This document shows positions 27,496 to 39,178 of a stretch of 64,000 bases of DNA, piece after piece. Below the pieces are notes generated by a model. It saw only the letters and a list, made by a program, of their open reading frames with translations. It was not told the origin of the DNA and ran no database searches. Position numbers and translations under genes: made by a program. The DNA is from the human T2T-CHM13v2.0 reference genome, Homo sapiens: assembly GCF_009914755.1 (NCBI RefSeq), contig NC_060942.1. One strand, given 5' to 3'. How positions within the stretch are numbered: the first letter of the stretch is position 1; each line of letters begins with the position of its first letter.

Positions 27496-28390
27496 TATCT
27501 GTTACTTTGTATGGTGCAGTTTTGATTCAGCTTACTCTGTGTAAAAATTGGGGAGTGATGGAAAAGCAGCTTCAATGGTGTCAGAAGGACTGGATTCTGG
27601 ATCTGACTCTGCCACTGCTGTATAAATGACCTTTGCAGGTCTCTTCACCTCTCAATGCCTCAGTTTGGCCATTGTCCAAATAATTCTTGTGTATCCCTGT
27701 TTTCTCTGCAGTTAGTAACATTCTTGGACAATATTACATATAATTATAAAAATATAAATACAAATATTAATATTATATATTTATACAGAAGTATTATGCA
27801 TAGTGTTCAATTAGGTTAAAGATTAAAGCGGCATAGATGTATAAATCAAAGTGATAGCCTAGATGGTTAAGATCTCTTCTAAATATAACATTCGAGACCT
27901 AGGAAATGCATTATCAATGGATCTGTTTTCTTCTTACTAGTGAGTGATGCAACTCTTTGTTCTTCTCAGAGCATTAAACATAATGTAGTAGAGTTAGATA
28001 AAACATCACAGAACTCTAAATTATTACCCCCATGACCAGGCACAAGTTATTTTTCTGACCTCTGTTTTTTCATCTGTGAAATAGAAATACCGACTCTGAC
28101 TGTGGTTAGGACTGAGTATAAGCGTGAAATACATGTAGCCCATGCCTGCCATGCAATGGGGGCTTCATAAATGTTTACGTCCTTCATAGTAACTAGTATA
28201 GGACTGTGCATAATACGTGCTCAGTAAACTTTATTGATTACTTGTGGTTTAAAATTCCTCACATAAAGTACATTCATTAACTGACATATTTTAAATCTTG
28301 TGGGAATTCCTATTTCAGTAAAGTTGCAAATTCTTTTAAAAGTTTCTATTAAAAAATATTTTGGTAAAACATGGACAAAAACATTTCTCA

Positions 28391-28535
28391 GGCCAGGCAC
28401 AATGGCTCATGCCTATAATCCCAGCACTTTGGGGGGCTGAGGCAGGAGCATTGCTTGAGGCCAGAAGTTTGAGACCAACCTGGGCAACATAGTGAGAGCC
28501 CATCTCTACAAAAAGAAAAATAAAAAAGAATAAAT
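28391..28535 (+). mobile_element. FLAM / Alu left monomer
   Basis: ggccaggcacaatggctcatgcc...catctctac followed by an A-rich tail; no right arm. Confidence 0.85.
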
Positions 28536-28807
28536 ATTAATATACATAAAAAATCTCCAAGATTTTAAAAATTATAGTCACCATAAATTTAGTTTTTAAT
28601 TCATGTTTAAGGCTGACTTGGACTTGACTCTCAGAATTGGAAACAGATGGTAGCTTGATGCATCTTCTTTAGTTTCTTCAGAAGAGCAGATCTCTTCTGG
28701 AAATCTCTTCACACAACCCAGGGTAATGGGGTTATACAATCCCTTCATATACCTCTGTTGATCTAAGTCTTTGATATGAAAAGTAGGTTTTAAAACGTAT
28801 ATTTTAG

Positions 28808-28860
28808 AGCCATGATCATGCCACTGCACCCCAGCCTAGGCTCAAATGAGATAAAATAAA
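28808..28860 (+). mobile_element. Severely truncated Alu 3' fragment
   Basis: agccatgatcatgccactgcaccccagcctaggc plus A-rich tail, flanked by acgtatattttag / atgtatatttttag. Confidence 0.7.
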
Positions 28861-31185
28861 CCATGTATATTTTTAGCTCATTTGAAAGCAAATATTTTAA
28901 CCTTCAATAGAAGGTTAATATTGAGAATCAGTGCTTGAATGTTTATATGCTGATGGAAGAACATCAGGTAAGTCACAGGGGAAAGTCCAAGGACCAGATG
29001 ATTTTCTCACTGTGATTTCAAACATTTAGTCATAAGGACAGCATTTTCCAGGTGTGAAATTGTAGTATGAGAAATATTCTCTGGTGTAGTAGCCAAGGTT
29101 GCCATTTATATATAATCAATACAACTGAGCTGTTTATACTCCTTATCCTTATCTTTCTCTGAGAATGAGCTGGTCATTCCTGTCTTTTCATCTCACAGGA
29201 AAAGTTTTGTTCAAGTACTTAATTATGAATTGACTTCTATTGTACAAAGCAAAGATGAGAGCAAGCCAGGCCACTCTGTGGGCCATGTGTCACATTGAAA
29301 ATCCATAGTCATTGGAACAGTAACAATGATCTGTCAGCACAAATAATACTTGGGAGAGATCAAAATAGAAGATAAAATATCACCACTATAATATCAGCAA
29401 TATCACAAGAAAAGTGTGTTGCTGAAGGATGTTCCCGTCCAAAATCTCTTTTCTCCAAGTTTCATTTAGGTGGAATAAATTGAAGTAGGCTAAAAATCAG
29501 TCACTCTATCCCCACATCCCCCAAGCTCCTAAAAGCAAATACCTAACCAGCAAACAAAAGCAATACAGAGGCACATTATTGCGACAATTTCAGCATCTCC
29601 CTGACCTCACAAGCTGCTGGTGGCATTTAATGTGGATTGGTCTTTTGCCTGTTTTTTTTAAATCTGTTTTTCTCTCTTCTTCAGTATTTTATTCTCACAT
29701 TGTTTATTTCTTTCTTCCTCACTGTATCTGACTGGATTCTTGTAAAGTATAACTTCATTTTATATAGATCATGTTGTCTCTATCCTTCCTCCATCCCTTC
29801 CTCCTTCCTTAAATCCTAACCTATTTTGATTCCTTCCTTCTCAAATCATTATATTTAGAGGAGAAAGCTTTTTAAAAATTCCTCATTTATACACAATTAC
29901 AAAGCTTTTCTTTCATATTTTTGCCTCCCTAGAAGAGATGAATAATTTTTTTCACTTTGATATGCATTTTGCTACTGACCACATCCAGATGTACCTATTT
30001 CTTTTATTTTTTATGAGAATTCTCTTTTGTAGGGTGAGGAGAAGAGGTAGGGGTGCTGAATTTTATGTTTCTTACTATCTTTAACTTTGTTGTCCACTAA
30101 AGTCACAATCTCCTTCCTCTTCCTTTACTGTTCAGTTTTCCTATCCCTTGTGGACCCATCCACCAAAGTTGTTAGTTTTTTGGTTTCTTCTGCCGAAAAT
30201 ATTGTCTTCGTCTTTTAATTTTTTTGTCAACACTAAAACTACTGATTTGTTTTGATGCTTTTTGTCCATGCTAACTATAATATTTTTTCTACCTTTTAGA
30301 ATTCCCAAAGATATATTCCCAGTGGAGATATTTAATATTTATATAAAAAGCTATATTTATTTATTTTCTAGTGATAGCCATAGCTCCGAGCTATCTAACA
30401 TTTGATCAGCCAAAAAACTACTATGTATCTATTTTTTTAATTTTTTTATATTTGGCCTTTTAGGCTCCTCAAGAATCCCAACAACTGACACTTCCGTTCT
30501 TTATGTACCAAAAGAAATTTGCTATTCTTCATCTCTATTATCACCTCATCTTCATTTATTTGTGTAGCTTTCTCCTTTAATTGACCACAAAGTTTAGTTT
30601 GATCACCCTGCACAGGACTCACAATGAATATCATTCCATAAATCACTGCCACTTTCAAAAACCAACTTTCTTTTGGTATTCAAAGCCCACACACACCATG
30701 TCAGACTACAGATGAGGAAAAAGAACCTCCTAATGAAAGAAACAAACACAACAATCAACACCCATCATCCCGAGTATATGTCTGTGTTTGTAACTGTGTT
30801 TAATTGAATATTCATAGCACTTCTTTCTTTATGTGAAGATTTTTGAGACTAGGAGCACATTTTTCTCATACCATGACAATTTCATACTTATTTTTATTAT
30901 TAAAAAAGACCTATACACTAAGAGCAAATATCACCCAGCATGAAATCAAAGAAAACAATCATCCTCTTAAGGTTCTGAGGATCATCACTGGCTGTCTGCA
31001 TTATCCTGACTCATCAGCATCGGTTTAACAGTCCTGACACTTTGGAGCATCCTGCCAGACCCATACTCTGTGTTTAACTGCCACAGTTCACCTCTAACAG
31101 CATCAGCAATATCATTTTTCTTTCACTCTATAGAGTTGTCTCTATAGAGGTCCCTCCTTCCCCAGCATTTGGTGTGAAAACTTAC

Positions 31186-31288
31186 CGCTTTTACCAACTC
31201 CCCCTGCTCCCAGCATTACCACCTTGTACTCTCTGGACCCGCCTGATGCGCTGCCCGGGGAGCAGCTGGCTTCATTTTCTACCTCCAT
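31186..31288 (-). CDS. RIT2: GTP-binding protein Rit2 (Rin), coding part of exon 1 (103 nt, codons 1-34 plus 1 nt)
   Basis: Minus strand reads AAG-ATG-G at 31288 and translates [34 protein letters not shown], with the Ras G1/P-loop GAGGVGKS. It ends at the canonical donor GCG|GTAAGT (31186/31185). The N-terminus is recognised as human RIT2. Confidence 0.97.
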
Positions 31289-31460
31289 CTTACCCGAGGG
31301 ACCGGAGGAAAAAAAGAAGGAGAAAGTCACCCGTGTCAGGTGCTTGCTCGAATATTAAGCAACTCTAAAACTGTGTCAAAGCAAAGGTTTTAGTACGAGG
31401 TAAGAACCATCAGCGTCGGGCTGGCTGCTGGTCCTCCGCTCGAGCGGGTCTCATAGCAAC
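31289..31460 (-). other. RIT2: RIT2 5' UTR / leader (TSS approximate)
   Basis: Local CpG cluster (14 CpGs counted in 31186-31447) in otherwise CpG-depleted DNA, directly upstream of the ATG. The TSS near 31455-31460 is inferred and recalled, not seen. Confidence 0.7.
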
Positions 31461-31830
31461 CACTTCAATTGCTTCCAATAAAAATCTGGCTTTTGCATCC
31501 CCCACCCTTCCTTCCGATCCTTCACTCTTTCACGTCTCCTACAATCTCTCTCTCTCTCTCTCTCTCATTTTCATTTCCTCCCTCATTTGATTCTTTCTCC
31601 ATTTCCCTTCCCCACTGTCTGTTTCTCTCCTTTCTCTTTCCTGCCTACCCCCTGCACAGTCACAGTTGTCAGTGGCACACACACATTCGACCCCTTTTCA
31701 GGCTGGGCTGCTAGAATGGAGTGAATCTGAGACCTCACAGGAGTTGCTATGTCTCACAGGATGACTTCTGTAGGTACAGCTTCAAAGATGCTATTTTCTT
31801 TTAATCAAAGTCAATTAATAAGGATTTCTT
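31430..31830 (-). promoter_or_regulatory. RIT2: RIT2 core/proximal promoter
   Basis: Unique sequence upstream of exon 1. Contains an RFX X-box-like GTTGCTATGAGAC (31460-31448), CCAAT on + at about 31475, a GA repeat and a long pyrimidine/purine-skewed tract (31490-31650). Confidence 0.7.
31545..31566. repeat. (TC)11 / (GA)11 promoter microsatellite
   Basis: Eleven perfect TC units counted. Confidence 0.95.
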
Positions 31831-32559
31831 CTGCTTATAGTCTTGCATTTTATCACTCTTCTATTGCAGTTTTCATTCCGGGAAAATGGAAAAGCAAAAC
31901 AAAAACAAAACAGAACAGTAACTCAGGGCTCATAAGGATGGATCTTCAGTGTTATTGAAATAACAGCCGGCTAACAGGAATTGTTCAGCTCACTAGACAG
32001 TTGCAGGTTTAACATAGGGGGGTAATTGAATTAGATCATTGTCATATTTGGACAAGGCTCATGCTTGTTTACGTTAAGTTATTAGAAACAACTTAAATCA
32101 CAAGGACTATCAAGCATGAAAGAGATAATTGATAAATATTTTTACTGACAATTATACTAGCATAAAAGATTGTAGAAGAATATTTTTAAATGTCCAAACT
32201 ATTATTACCTGTTTGAATTCTTATAAAGCTTTGCGGTCTTTGTTTTTCTCTAAAGAACTTCTAAACTACAGAGGGTCAAGAATGTTTTCAATAATTCCTA
32301 ATTGTCATAATAAGATCCTGTCTTTTAATCAACATGATGATGTTTAACATGTTTATTGTCTATTTTCTAAAGCTTGAATCATTATCAGATGCAGACAAGT
32401 GTTTGGTGTGCATAGACTAGACTTGTCTTTCTATCTAGATTTTAAGCTCCACTAGGAAAAGAACTATATTTAGTCCATTTCTTGTGATTCTATAATATGT
32501 GCACTGAGTAGGCACTCAATATATACTTGCTGGTTTCTGTAGAGGCTTCAAATTGTTAT

Positions 32560-32775
32560 AGCCAAGAGCACAGTCTCTGAAGCCAGAATGCCTGTGTTCA
32601 AATCTGGGCTTAGCCACTTACCAGCTATATGACCTTAGGCAAATTCCTTCACCTCTCTGTGCCTCAATTTCTTTATCACTGAATAGTTAATTAAAACCCT
32701 ACTTTGTTAACTCATTAAGTGAGCTAATATTTATATAGTGCTTAAAACTGTGTCTGACAAGTGATAAGTACCACA
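32560..32775 (+). mobile_element. MIR
   Basis: aagagcacagtctctgaagccagaatgcctgtgttcaaat...gccacttaccagctatatgaccttaggcaaatt, close to the MIR consensus. Confidence 0.85.
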
Positions 32776-32859
32776 CAGGTATATGATATGAAGAGTATGT
32801 TATTATTTTGAATCTGTGCTGCTGTCAGTCTACTGTTTACAAACACTCGCCCAAGAAGA

Positions 32860-33165
32860 GAAGATTATCTTTTCATGTGTTTATTGGCCATCTGTATATC
32901 TTCTTTGCCAAAGTATCTGTTCAAGTCTTTTGCTTATTTTTATACCAAGGTGTTTATTTCCTTATTGCACTTTGAGAATTCTTTATATATTTCGGATGTA
33001 AGTCTTTTATCATATAAATATTCTGCAAATATTTTCCTCTAGTGTGTGGTTTTTCTTAACAGTAGCTTTCAAAGATCAGCAGTTTTAAATTTTGATGGGG
33101 TCCAATTTGTAATCTCTTTCTTTTACAGATCATCCATCAGGTTTTAAATGAAACTTTGCCCAATT
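32860..33165 (-). mobile_element. Old L1M ORF2 fragment
   Basis: ttttcatgtgtttattggccatctgtatatcttcttt...aagtatctgttcaagtcttttgc. Confidence 0.75.
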
Positions 33166-35203
33166 ATTCCATTCCCACTTTTCTATCTTTTTTACTCTTT
33201 GATTGTGAATTCAGTCAATGTCATAGGTCCACTTATCATCTTTCTATAGGTAACTGCCAAGTTTGTAATTCTGGACCCAGTTTTCTCTTTGAGCTGCAGA
33301 AATGATTCTAACTGCTTCTGGGTTGTCTCCATCAAAACCCTGATTATATCTCAACCTCAGTAGGTCTAGAAGTATATCATCCTCATCCTCACAAAACAAA
33401 GTCAACAGTGTTCTCTACCTTTGCAGGGAGCATTACCACCCTCCAGGTCCTACTTTTAGATTTACCTCTTCCAGTATTTGACCTCCATAACTGAAGCAGC
33501 TCTTTAACTTTTTCTGCCTGAATACAAGTTCTCTGCTCTTTGTTCCTTTTCACAGTGCTCAATTCATCCTATACACTGACATCAGAGAAATCCACCTAAA
33601 GTGTCAACTTGACAAACCCTGTTGTAAACATATTCATATATCAAATGCCTAAAAATGCAACCCAGTAACTCAAGATGGCACATAGAGACACAGCATTTAT
33701 TCCAGTCTCCTGTTCCAATGTAGCCCTCAACCTCCCTACAATAGAGTCAGTCAGAAGCAGCTACCTGCCTTTCTTCCAACAAAACTATCATTTCCATGAT
33801 TGGGTTTAATAAAGAACTGAGACTATAATTATCCTGTAATTCTTTAATTAAAACTTTATTCCTCATATATAAACAGTAGCACTTAGCTTCAAGGTCTGGG
33901 TTTTTTTGTTTGTTTGTTTCTAGTTGTGTTGCTGAAATTCTTGTGACCTTGAGCAAATCATGTGCCTCTCTAGCTATTCCACCATCTGTTACTCTGTTTT
34001 CCATGTCAGCCATACTGATTTGGTGAGAAAGCACAGAAATTGTCATGTCAGCTGTGTCCATCATTCTGTTCTTTATTTACCATATTATGTTAATGTTGAT
34101 TAAGAGAAAAGAATACATGGAAATGTCCCTTCATGATAAATGAGTGCCTTTCCAAATATTAATAGACACTGTGAGATGCGAAAAGGACATATAGGTAGTG
34201 AATTGGCTTTGTTAATTTATCTGTCCATATTTCTCCTATAAAAAGTAGTAGGGTTTTTTTTTTTTTTCATATTTACATGGAAAAAAAACCCCATGAAGTG
34301 CAGGGAAACTTTCCTAGATATAAAGCCATCTTTATCTATCTTTTCTTTGAAATTCAAAGGTACTCCACCCTAGATCCTTCTGCTGAAGTACTAAGGGTCA
34401 GAAAACCTTTTGATTGATAATGGCAGAATTTTGAAGCATTCTGATGCTACTGTTTTCAGTTTTATTCAGTGACTTTTGTGAGTATGCATTTCTCCTCCCT
34501 TGCTTTGACCAGTATACCCAAAAGTGTGTGTTTTTGTGTGTTTGTGTGTGTCGGCCAGGGGGTCATATATCTCCTAGTTGTATAAATGATGATTGAATAG
34601 AGTCCTTAAGTAACCAAAATCATTTCCTAACAGATAGCTTTGCAATTGGAAAAATTATTAAATGATCAGAGTTTGCATTCAGTTCCTCTACCCTTCCCTG
34701 GCAGTTGCCATTCTTTTTGGATGGCACATCATTTCCTTTGAGTGCTAGTCTCCATTAAATTAAGATGCAGATGTTCAGTGTTCTTTCAGAACCACTCAAC
34801 TCCCTAAGCAGGCCCAAGTCAGCTCTACCTTGCCCCTGTGTGCTACTGCTGCTCACCATTCCAGTCTTTCTCAGAGGACAAAAGGGGAAGCTAATTTAAC
34901 AAGCAATTCCCTCAAGAGCAATATATTTGCTTTATTTATATTGATACAGTTCTAAACTCCCTTAAAAACTGCTAAGGCATCTAGTCACTCTGATAGGAAT
35001 ACAGGGGAGAAGTTTGGAGGTTTGAGAATTCTTTTCTCACCTTTCTGGTTACTGGTAGGTAATTTCTCATGCCATTCTCTGCAAAGCCACTTTTCCTTTC
35101 ATTCTAATTTATTGTATTCTTTACAATGACTTATTTACATTGTAGTCCACCTTAATGTTAAGACCTCATCTGTATTCAACTTTGACTCTCTAGGATGTTT
35201 CAG

Positions 35204-35730
35204 TGTCAACAAAAACATTTTCAATAAAATGAGTTTTAAAGACCTAATTAGCTTTTATTTGTAATTCATGAACCAGGCATCATCCAGTCCACAAAATAGA
35301 CAAAAGCTCCAGTGGGCATGGCAGGCTAGTCACTTTCTGTAAAGCAGGTTGACCAAAAACAAGAAAACAGAGTGGAGCAAAAGCAGATTGAATAATATCA
35401 AGTTCTTCAGGTTACTTTTACCAGATAAAGCAGAGGGGAATTTATCATGCTGGATCAGGTTAATTGAAACCCTTTTGATTGGTTGATGTGAATCTCCTGC
35501 TTTTTGTTTGTTTGTTTGTTTGTTTTGTTTTTAAATTGGCTTCTTGAAGATTTGGCTATCAACTCTCTCCTGGTTTCTTGGAAGGTCAGATCTTACAAAG
35601 CTGTTTAGCTTAGGTTTTGGTAGGGTAACATGAAAGTTTAGCATGAGTGACTCCATTTTGGGTTGGTCTGCTGGGGCCAAGTGTAAGGCCTCAGTCCAGA
35701 TCAGTGGGTTCTCATATATTTTATTTAATA
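35204..35730 (-). mobile_element. ERV1 solo LTR, MER67/MER31-like, inserted in an L2 3' fragment
   Basis: Minus strand reads tattaaataaaat...ctggactgagg...ggccccagcagaccaacccaaaatggagtcactcatgctaaa...ctgaccttccaagaaaccaggagagag. L2 tail (cacagtgcctggcat...atttgttaaatgaa) follows. Confidence 0.7.
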
Positions 35731-38102
35731 GCACAGTGCCTGGCATATGCTAGATGACTAACACATATTTGTTAAATGAAGGAATTTATTGTACCAACTG
35801 AGTGACCACATATTGCTGCTGTTAATTAAATTAACCTCTCAAAGTATATAATTTACTATTAACACCCTAATAAAAAGACAACTCAACTTAGTTGATAATC
35901 TCTGAATAAATGAATGTTTTGCATGCACGTTCTCACCATAAAGTATAAGACTATTGTACAAACTGGAAATATCAAAGCCAAAGCATGAAGAAGAAAGAGC
36001 TAATTTTGTAAATAAAGAGCAGAGCACAGACTTTTTTGCCACACACTGACCTACTCACATTCAGTGAAACTCAAAGTCAGTGTGAATATTTCTTTTTGTG
36101 ATACTTTCATCCTGAAGGCTTACCTCAGAAAAAATGATCTTACATGTAATCTAAGTGACTTGCACGTTATTTATTCAACATGTATTCATTTATTAAACAT
36201 AGATTAATTTGCTCACTGTCAAATTCATTCATTTCACAACTGTGTACAGCCTTTCAGAAAAACAAAGGAAAACACAATATAGTTCATGGGTTCAAAATTA
36301 TTATAGCCTAGTGTGGAAAAAAGGCAGCTGTCCACTAGGCCTTGGAATAAGCCAGCATGTGGCAAGTCATTGAACAGATAAATGGGCAGAGTATGGCAGG
36401 TTTGTGGGAGAAGGGGAGACTGACTCCAAGTAGGAAGACAAAGTGAGGTGTCAATAAAGAGGACTGACTCGGGCTAGGACTTAAAGTAAATCTCCAAAGA
36501 AGGAGATTTCAAAAGCAAGGGTGTTCAAAGTTTAGAAAATAAAACGTATTTGGTAAATTATAAGTTGAAAACATAACTGATGCGAAAGAACATAGGAACA
36601 TATTCCAAAGCTGGATTATAGATGAATCACAGAGTTAAATTATAGCATATAGAGCTTGCATTTTGTTGTTTGTTTGTTTGTTTTTACCTTTTTCTTTAAG
36701 CAAAGCAAAATACCAACTTTGAAGCAGAACAGCGAATAACACAGGTTTCTGATTAGAGAAAAATGAAGGTCCGGCTTGAGTTTACTTTTTATCCATTAAG
36801 CCTTTTTGACTTTCTCAAATAGCAGTGAGTTGGAACTCAGCTAAATTTCTATAATATTTATTATTGTTTAGTCATTAGTTTGACACTTAGCATTCTGTAA
36901 TTTACTAAATTACAACCTATTTGAGAGGAGCCCCTGTTCCATTTTACTGTATATTTTTTACAGTCTTGGGCCCAGGCCCTGATATGTAAATGATAAATAA
37001 AAAAATTATTCAGACTTTTTTTATCAATATACTTCATAGTAATATCTAATATGGATACAGCTAATTTTTTTCTTTTCAGTCAGTCAAAGTTGACTTTTAC
37101 AATGTAAATGAAATAATATTAGGCTAAGGGTATAGCAAAACATGGACAAGCTATAGGTGTGAATATTTAAAACCTATAAAAACAAAATTACTTTATAGTG
37201 GTAAATTTCAGAGAAATATCCTGCAAATTTCCATCTGCATTTTATTGCCCAGAGATTTCAATCATTTTTTACTTTCATCTGTTTATGACAATTATAATTA
37301 ATGTCTGCATTGATGACTCTGAGGCCATGTAAGATTCTGCAATATAATGTCCAAGAAATATTTAATTTTATTCAGTATAATTTTGATATAATCTATTTGT
37401 TATGGTTTCATCTTCTAGTAGATGCCAACAGTTATCAATTTGAGTTGTTAAATATTGGAATATATTATTGTGTTCAAATTCTGGATGAGGAGTTACTATA
37501 ACTACCTCAGTGCACGAAATGGCACTATGTTAGACTAAATATGTAACCAAGCTTTTTAATATTGTGTTTGAATAATTTTATATTCCACTGCAAATACTAC
37601 CACAAAGCCCTGTTATTAACATTAAAATAATTGTTTTCTAGTTTAAAAGTTAAGAAAATATTACATTTTTACCAATGTTATTTGTGAGATTGCTTTAATT
37701 TCTCCTGAGAGATACAAAATTAAAATTAGAGGATGCCTTAGATACAGTTAATATAGCCTTTCATCTGAGAAAATACCCCATAATCAATAATTATTGATCT
37801 ATGCTTTGAATACCGAGTATGGGAGATTCACTACATTACAAAATTGCCCAGTGTGATCTCCTATGATAGTGAAAAACACTCAGATTTTAGATTAAGGAAG
37901 CCTCATTATGAACTGATCTCTCTTACCAATTTACTAACAGTATTATAATGAACAAATATTTTAATCTGTCAGAGCTTTAGTGTCTTTATCTTCAAAACAG
38001 AAACCTAACATATGTAGTTTTTATGAAATTCAAATGAGATGATGTAAACTCAGTGTCTGGGAATACCATCCATAGCAAACAATTAGATATTAGAAAGTTC
38101 AC

Positions 38103-38401
38103 ATGAAACCCTCTCTCTACTAAAAATACAAAATTAGCCGGGTGTCATGGGCGCCTATAATTCCAGCTACTCAGGAGACTGATGCACGAGAATTCCTTGA
38201 ACCTGGGAGGAGGAGTGTTCAGTAAGCCCAGATGGCAGCATTGCACTTCAGCCTGGGCAACAAGAGCGAAACTCAAAAAAAAAAACAAAAGAAAAAAAAG
38301 AAAAAAGGAAGGAAGGAAGAGAGGGAGGGAGGGAGGGAGAAAGAAAGAAAGAAAAAGAGAGAGAAAGAAAGAAAGAAAAAGAAACAAAGAAAGAGAGAGA
38401 G
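38103..38401 (+). mobile_element. 5'-truncated AluSp/Sq with expanded purine microsatellite tail
   Basis: Linker plus right arm with caacaagagcgaaactc. The tail has become (GGAA)(GGGA)(GAAA)(GA). TSD agaaagttcac at 38092-38102 and 38402-38412. Confidence 0.9.
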
Positions 38402-39178
38402 AGAAAGTTCACTCATTTGTCAAGTACCTTTCAAGTAAGAGAGAAATGGAGCTGGGGGTCTTGGCTATTCCAGACCCATGAAATTTAGAAACTGTGTTGA
38501 GTCTGGGACAGGTCAGTGTGGGAAATGCACAGTCTCTTCAAGAAGCATGGAGGAAACGACAGGTAATGCCCAACATTGTTATGTCTAGTAGGTGCTAAGT
38601 ATGGAAGGGTGGCAGAAGAGAAATCTCGACAGACAGCTTAGGAGTAAACTATGATAGCTTTTTTGTTGTTGTTTTTGTTTTTCAATTCTGAGAATTTTGG
38701 AATTACACACCAGGTGATGTGAAGCCAAAGATGGCTTTTAAGCAGAAATGTAATATGAATAGGTTGGTGTTTTACAAAACTTACAAAGCTCTCTCTAGAG
38801 GTAATGTGAAGAGGGGATTACAATGAGGAGAAGCTAGGCAGCAATAGAATGTCTGGGTGGTTCTTTTGGTTGCTGGGCAGAAAAAAGATCATAATCTGAA
38901 CTAGGTTAATTAGGCTCATGGCTGAGGAATTGCAAAAGTAAATGTGACCCATGTCACATGACTGGAGAAAATTGTCAGGTGATGGTATGCCTGGGACACA
39001 TGGGAATAAGAAAGGAACAGGAATCAAAGACAGCTGAGGTTTTCTGTTTGGATCACTGGTTACCATAGACAGGTAATGGTATCACTTCCATGGTATCTCA
39101 AGGTACAGAACTGGCTGAAGTAAACAGGGATATGTCCATAATGAGTCCAATTTTGTTTGCATTAAGATTGATGTGCTT

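Noticed and set aside
30045-30060. REST/RE1 half-site (TTCAGCACC on minus); another half-site near 36325
   Set aside because: The partner half is absent in each case; no complete RE1 was found by eye.
31142-31330. ORF-track N-terminal extension [14 protein letters not shown] and C-terminal [14 protein letters not shown]
   Set aside because: The extension starts at a GTG (an in-frame CTG is also upstream) in weak context, while the ATG at 31288 has a good Kozak context. The tail is read-through into the intron.
38145-38481. Lys/Arg/Glu-rich and Phe/Leu-rich ORFs
   Set aside because: Translation of the Alu-tail purine microsatellite.
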